The position numbers and the translations under genes were made by a program. Positions 58,267 to 64,000 of a DNA stretch of 64,000 bases are shown in pieces. Position 1 is the first letter of the stretch. Each line of letters opens with the position of its first letter. Source of the stretch: Haplodiscus bocki (Eukaryota). The notes beneath the pieces are model-generated. The model saw only the letters and a list, made by a program, of their open reading frames with translations. It did no database searches and was not told where the DNA came from. The stretch is from assembly GCA_965655095.1 (NCBI GenBank), contig OZ296648.1, forward strand, positions 177,320,001-177,384,000, given 5' to 3'.

Positions 58267-59311
58267 GGAAGGATGTTTCAATGAGAAGATTGACAGGGAA
58301 ATATGTAACAATGTCGGTACAGTTGAGGATAAAATCCAGAACGCGATTTTGACCGCGATTGATAATATTATCACCCCTAGAATTGAATTAGCAGTTAGGT
58401 CAACAACTGCATCTACTGAACAAGACACTACTATTGTCACAGCAAATTTAGATCGTGTGGAACGTGCAGGGATTACCGCCTCTTTTGAAAACGTATCCGA
58501 AAGGAACAACACAAATCATGAATTAAACGCGAATGATGAGACTCGGCAAAACATCCCATACAAGGTAAGTGAATTTTTGGCCACGATAACACGTTTTGAC
58601 CAGCAATCACACACTCATTACAGCAGAGGTATTGTAGCTACGGCTCAACCTTGAAACGTAAAAAAAAATTAGTGATTTATTAATATTCACACTTTACATG
58701 TAACTTACAAAAACCCGCCATTCGTCACAGAAACTGACAAAATATCATTACAAAGACAACAAAAAATTATTAACGTAAAATGATTAACGTAAAAATATGC
58801 AAAAAAAATTAGGTAACATACAAAATCATACAAAAATCTCATGCAACCAACAAAGTAATTTGTTGTTGAATCGAAATAAAGTTTGGCCTTACTGAAAAAG
58901 CGGTATGCAGGAATACTTTGCTACTTAAAAAAAGTGAAAATGGCCGTTTTTCTGATATTATCAAGTTTGCCAAAGCATTTTACTATCTTCTGTCGATTGC
59001 AATCGATGAACAATCTCCGTGAGAAAAAGATATTTTTGGGAATTAATTAATTTTTTTTTCTAAATTCACGGAAGATCATACACGGTTTGCAAATCAAAAA
59101 CAACTATGGACTGACTTGACCCATAGCAGTGCGGTTTATGAGTCATCAGCGGTCAAATGGGCGAGCTTAACTTAGAATCTCCGGAGTGGGAATAGCTAAA
59201 TAGTGGAAACTGCGTGTAGCATGTGAACTTCCATACAGCAGGAGTGCTTCTTTCAACCAGTAGTTTTTCGAGACATTGAAACTTTTCATGGAACGAAATG
59301 TTCAACTGAGT

Positions 59312-59651
59312 CCCTGGATAATCTGTCAGACAAAAGTTGCAAGATCATTGGACGTTTCTTGCATGATCTTTCAAGATCATGCAATATTCTTGCTGAAAAT
59401 TGCATGACTCTTTCCAAGAGGTGCAAGAAGTGTCAGATTCCTGGAAAATTCTAGCAAGAGACTTCCGATTTGTTCAATTTTCTTCTGTTCAGGAGATCAG
59501 ACCTTTCCCTTGCAAGACACTTTTAAGAAAATTGTAATTTTTTTCTGTACTTGCAAGGTAAATCAGTTCCTGTAAGTTTCTGGCAAGTCTTTTCAGTTGC
59601 TAGCAATTTTTGTAAGATCTTTGCAAGAAATCTCCGGAGGATCATCCAGGG
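59312..59651. mobile_element. CCC...GGG MITE with TTGCAAGA repeats (CMC/EnSpm-like)
   Basis: TIR CCCTGGAT...ATCCAGGG, GT on both flanks, internal TTGCAAG units as in 30106-30412. Confidence 0.6.
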
Positions 59652-59740
59652 GTTCCATTGTTTTTATAGTCAAAAGTGTAATAGAGATTATCGAAACTGA
59701 TGGGAGGTCAAGCTGGGATTGCTGATATTTCCTGACTAAC

Positions 59741-59798
59741 CTGGTAAAAAGCAGTTAGGATTTAGCCAGTGAGGTTCACAGACAGTTTTGGATCTCAT
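59741..59798 (-). CDS. CA8: CA8-like exon (58 bp)
   Basis: TTTCAG|MRSKTVCEPHWLNPNCFLP+G|GTTAGT; matches the FNPxxLLP motif; the phase-1 end fits exon 35003-35115. Confidence 0.85.
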
Positions 59799-60017
59799 CT
59801 GAAACAAAAATAGCCGCTGAATTGAGAGAAAACAAAGTGATACAAGTCTTAAAATCTTAAGAAATTTCAGCCTCTAATTCATGGCAAGTCAAATCTTTTC
59901 GCTCATATTTCTCGAAAGACGCAAATGAAATATAGATTTTTACAAGATAGGATAGGATTCTAGCACATCGAAGAAAAAGGAAAATGATTGAAACTTGAGT
60001 TTAAGAGCTCAACTAAC

Positions 60018-60080
60018 CATAAAATGTACATCTTCCAGAAAATCAAGGAAAGAATTGAAACCCTGGTTTTCACGTCCAAT
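60018..60080 (-). CDS. CA8: CA8-like exon (63 bp)
   Basis: TTCAG|IGRENQGFNSFLDFLEDVHFM|GTTAGT. Confidence 0.88.
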
Positions 60081-60173
60081 CTGAACAAAGTCAGCATAAC
60101 CGTCAAAATTCTAACTTATAGTGTTGCAAAATTCACCAGCTGGCTTAAACATAAAAATTTATAAATTTATAAC

Positions 60174-60269
60174 CTGGACGAAGACACACGTGATAACGAC
60201 TCCGTCTTTTGTGCCAGCGGCTTCCTCGTAACTTGAGAATTCATCGCTGTTCCAATGCACTAGTTGTAC
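60174..60269 (-). CDS. CA8: CA8-like exon (96 bp); upstream exons not found in the window
   Basis: TTCCCAG|VQLVHWNSDEFSSYEEAAGTKDGVVITCVFVQ|GT; alpha-CA LHLVHWN region. Confidence 0.9.
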
Positions 60270-60388
60270 CTGGGAAAACAAAAAGCTACTTTCCACATTT
60301 TTGTGGACATTTGTTCGAGAAAATTTAGAAACGATTGCTGTCAAACATCCTTCTTCGCACAATTTACAATCCACAAGTAATCCACTAT

Positions 60389-60875
60389 TTGTTATTTTCC
60401 GCCCATATTTGAATATGGAAGAAAAATTATCCGCTCAACGCGTTCGCTTTTTTACGTTTACTTGCCAATTGCTCGATTGCATAAGAGTTGGATCATTTTG
60501 GCTTTGAAAATTTTATATCACCACATATAGCAAATTTGGCGTAGAATACGAATGAAATGGTAGGTTTTTTCAAAAAAGTACGCAAATAGGTTTTTTAAGT
60601 CAAAAAAGTTATATTTTTTGGAAAAGCTAAATTTTTAAAAATTGGGAAAAGAATAAATTTGATGTAGAATGAGATAAAAAGAATAATATTGCTTAAAAAA
60701 GCCTTTTGCGAACAAAATTTAGGGTTCTTAAAGAAATTCGAACTTGTTTGAAATTGGGAAATAGTAGCAAGAGTGATATTCAAGGCAGATAGAAGTGTAT
60801 TTTTTCCTAAAAACGCATTTTTAACAAAATTGGATGGCGGAAAATATCCCGGTGATAACCAGGTGCCTTGTTTTA
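60389..60875 (+). repeat. Dispersed repeat family, copy B (shorter)
   Basis: Homologous to 33750-34705 at both ends. Confidence 0.6.
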
Positions 60876-63800
60876 TGTTTAAGCAAAATTCCAAAATTTT
60901 ATAATTTGTAGCCCCTGAAAATGTTGTTCTGTGATTTTAGTAGCAGTTAGCTATGTTGGCAGCAATCTCTGTGACCTTTGCAGCACTAAAGTCAAGACTA
61001 CAGCCAAGTTGCACTAAATGACGACTGACCCGCTGTTAGGAAAATGGAAGCTTCTCCATGTTGGCTGTCATGGAATTTTTATGAAAATTTTTCCATGGCT
61101 ATTGATTTTGCTAGAAAATTTTTGTCATTACCTTCTCACGGAAAATATTTAGCAACATCACCTCTGAAAAACCAAGATTTGTGACGTATTCACGTAAAAA
61201 ATAATGACAACGGAGTTGACATTGTTTTAACGAGTTGAAATCAATAAGGCGCGAAGAACGTTTTTTATCGAATAACACGACATCAACAGAATTCAGCAAC
61301 ATGAAAACATAAGGTCAGGTAAAAAGGAGTCAATTTTCACCAAAAATCTTTCTACTGTAATTGAGAACATTTCTGATTTTGTCATGCCGTTAATTGACAT
61401 GTAAATTTGTCAACATAATTTCTCTAAGATCACATTTCTAGGAATAAATTCTCCGACTTGCATGTGTCAACTAAGTAGTTTCCAACAAGTTTGCTGTTGT
61501 AGTTAAAACTATGCTTGGAATGTACTGAAGAAAGTTATGGGAATAGCATAGTTATAATGTTCTGCACTTTGACTTACTACAAAAAATCCATTTTCAATTC
61601 ACTAAAATTTATGGTCAATTTTTCCCGATTTCATGCAACACTTGAAGGAATGATGCTCGCCGTAACGTTCATGAATCATGGTTTAGTGTCGTTGATTGGT
61701 CAACTTGCGACTATAGTCGCAGAGTTTTGCCTCTTGTTACGAAGAATGACATCGCTTACTTAGTATATTTTCCGCCTGCGAATTGAAAAATAGAATTTAT
61801 TACGCATTTTACTGTATGTAAAATACCCGATGTTGTATTGTTCTTGGTTGACAGTATATAATGAATAGTTCTGTCGAAAATGTATTCCTTAAGGATGTAA
61901 CAGTTGGGAAATAAAAAGGTACTTTATAACAAAACTCGATCTTAATATTAGCCGTACAGCCAACATTCTCATCGGGCAACATAAATTAAATGTCAGGTAT
62001 GTTAACCGATTTATTAACAAAAAATGACTTGGAGCAAAGTAAAAAGTTTCGATTGTTCGTTTTGTGAACTCAATTTACAAAATTCTCCCTTCTAAAACTT
62101 GTTGCAGCTCCTTGATGCATTGATCGATCTAAATCACTTTTTGATCTTCCAATAAGCGTCCTGTACTGGTGTTTCCGCTCGTATTGCTTCGTGTTAATGA
62201 TCGAATACATTCTATTCATTTATTTCAAGACGGTTCGTGCCTTGATTCAACTACACTTTTCTGGTGAATATTGGAATTTTCAAAACCTTCCAGTTACTTT
62301 GCTTTTCCCTTCCTTTTCATCGAAAATATCATCTTGTTTTTCCTCTTCATAGATTACCGGCTCAAATAATGAGACTTCCCTGCTGACCTTGGCATGTTTG
62401 CCTCCACTGATCTTCCTGATGAGAATCTCAGGTGCATAATATCTGCCAAATATGATAGCCGCTTTCCGGGTGATCTCTCGACTCGACTTGCACTACTGAT
62501 GTGACATTATCGATTGGCCATTATTTCTTTCAGCTTTTCCCAGTTCGGTTTTGGTTTCTTTTCACAGGATGCCAACCACAAGTGGGTCTTCGGGTTGCAT
62601 CATCTTTTATATCGCATTAAGTATTTTGGCTAAAACACGGGCTCAGAAATGATTTTCTTATGTACATTTAGGTTATAATCGATTAGCACCAAAAATTTGG
62701 CCTCTTCAATCACTTTAGTTGGTTCATTTTTGAATTTGTTATCTGTCGTTCTTGCTTTCGTAATATTTTTGAACCGAAATTACAGTTTTCTACGAACAGG
62801 ACCTAATGGTCTGTCCGAAAGTTCGAGTCGTTTCGTCAGCGTGCTTTTCCATCAACAGGGTACAAGATGGTGTGACAGCTCACCGTCTTCATCGAAGCAT
62901 TGTTGACCCTTCGCTGAAACTAAGTTAGATATTGGCCAATCATGAGTTCTTTCAACCACCGATGATATTGTCATTTTTATGTCGCGGCCCTCCAGCATAA
63001 GTTTCTTCTAATGGCAAGTTTCCTTGTCTTGTTTGAACGGACATTCGCATGGCTTTTGAAAATAATCGTAAGCTTTCGAATTGACTTTTCTCAATGTTTA
63101 CCCCCTCTGAAGTTCTTTCAGGTGCGGTCAAACATGTTGGTTGTTGTTTTCGAAATATTGAGGCTGGTTATAAATTTGGTTTTGTGTTCTCTACAGTTTT
63201 TTCCAATTGTTTTCCTAGTGAAAGTGGTTCCATTATCCGTTCAAATTCCTTCTGTGTTCCGTTTACTATCATGTAGTTTTTGTAGAAAAACTGTTATGCT
63301 CTCGGTTTCAGATGTATCACAATTTCTTGCCATTGGTTCAATACGATACCAGTCAACAGGAATTAGAAAACACATTCCCCTTAATCTCATAAATTTTTGG
63401 CTTTTAGGAGTTGCTTCATTTTCTTTTTTAGATGAATTGAGTTTGAGTTGTTTTATTTTCTATTCAGCGTTGCAGAGTTAGCTTGACATCGTTTTTTTGC
63501 TCCATATATCCTTGAAAGTATCTCCACCAGAAACTATTTGCTTGACCTCATCTTTTTGCCCTCTCGATTTTCCCGCATGTAGTAGATGTATTACTCTCTG
63601 CTGAAACCTCTTTGGCAGTTGAAGGATACCTTTCCGTTCTAAGAATTTTTGAAAAATTATCAGCCATTCGATTGGAAGACATTCGCTATTTCTGGTTTGT
63701 ACGGCTGCTAATACAATACAAATTCGAGGTGACTTCCAACTTTTTGAATTAGGTAGCTAATATTAGTCACGAAGTGATCCTCTTTTATTTTGACGTTCTG

Positions 63801-64000
63801 CGCTTCTGGCTCGCTTTTGTAAAACGGTTTCGGCATCATCTGTTTTGTTTATTTTTTTTTGCATACAAATACGGCAGATACTTTTGTGTTGAATATTGGG
63901 ATACAGCTGTGTGTTTATTTCCTCTCGCTGCTATTTGAGTGTTTCTCTTCTCGTTTCGATCAGTTCGAAAACGTTAGACAATATTTTGTTTGTTTGTACA

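Noticed and set aside
62100-63990. Strand-biased region that may be a decayed minus-strand coding sequence; + ORF 63011-63481
   Set aside because: Multiple stops and no recognisable motif; the hydrophobic + ORF is explained by T-richness. No upstream CA8 exon (HWG/GSEH) was found here.

Overview
AT-rich metazoan (invertebrate-like) genomic DNA with no prokaryotic features. The window holds the five 3' exons of a minus-strand host carbonic anhydrase-related gene (CA8/CARP VIII-like; last exon 30906-31037, most upstream visible exon 60174-60269) and is dominated by two full-length, env-bearing Ty3/gypsy-type LTR elements. Element 1 (+, 2729-15424, 703-bp LTRs, GTTG TSD) encodes a leader membrane peptide, gag, a -1 frameshifted pol with a TARG1/OARD1-type macrodomain between RNase H and integrase, a class I (baculovirus/paramyxovirus F-like) env, and a coiled-coil + DnaJ J-domain accessory ORF. 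Element 2 (-, 38119-58266, ~2.53-kb LTRs, inside a CA8 intron) encodes gag, a pol with a TARG1-type macrodomain between protease and RT, several accessory ORFs preceded by splice acceptors, an antisense ORF, a chuvirus-like (class III) glycoprotein, and a PAM2 + coiled-coil + TRAF/MATH ORF. A ~3-kb solo LTR related to Element 2 and several MITEs are also present. The most notable observation is that two distinct retrovirus-like elements carry host-type modules (ADP-ribose eraser, Hsp70 co-chaperone domain, RING-less TRAF) that look like a counter-defence toolkit. Both copies carry inactivating stops. All domain calls come from motif recognition by eye; no database search was run.
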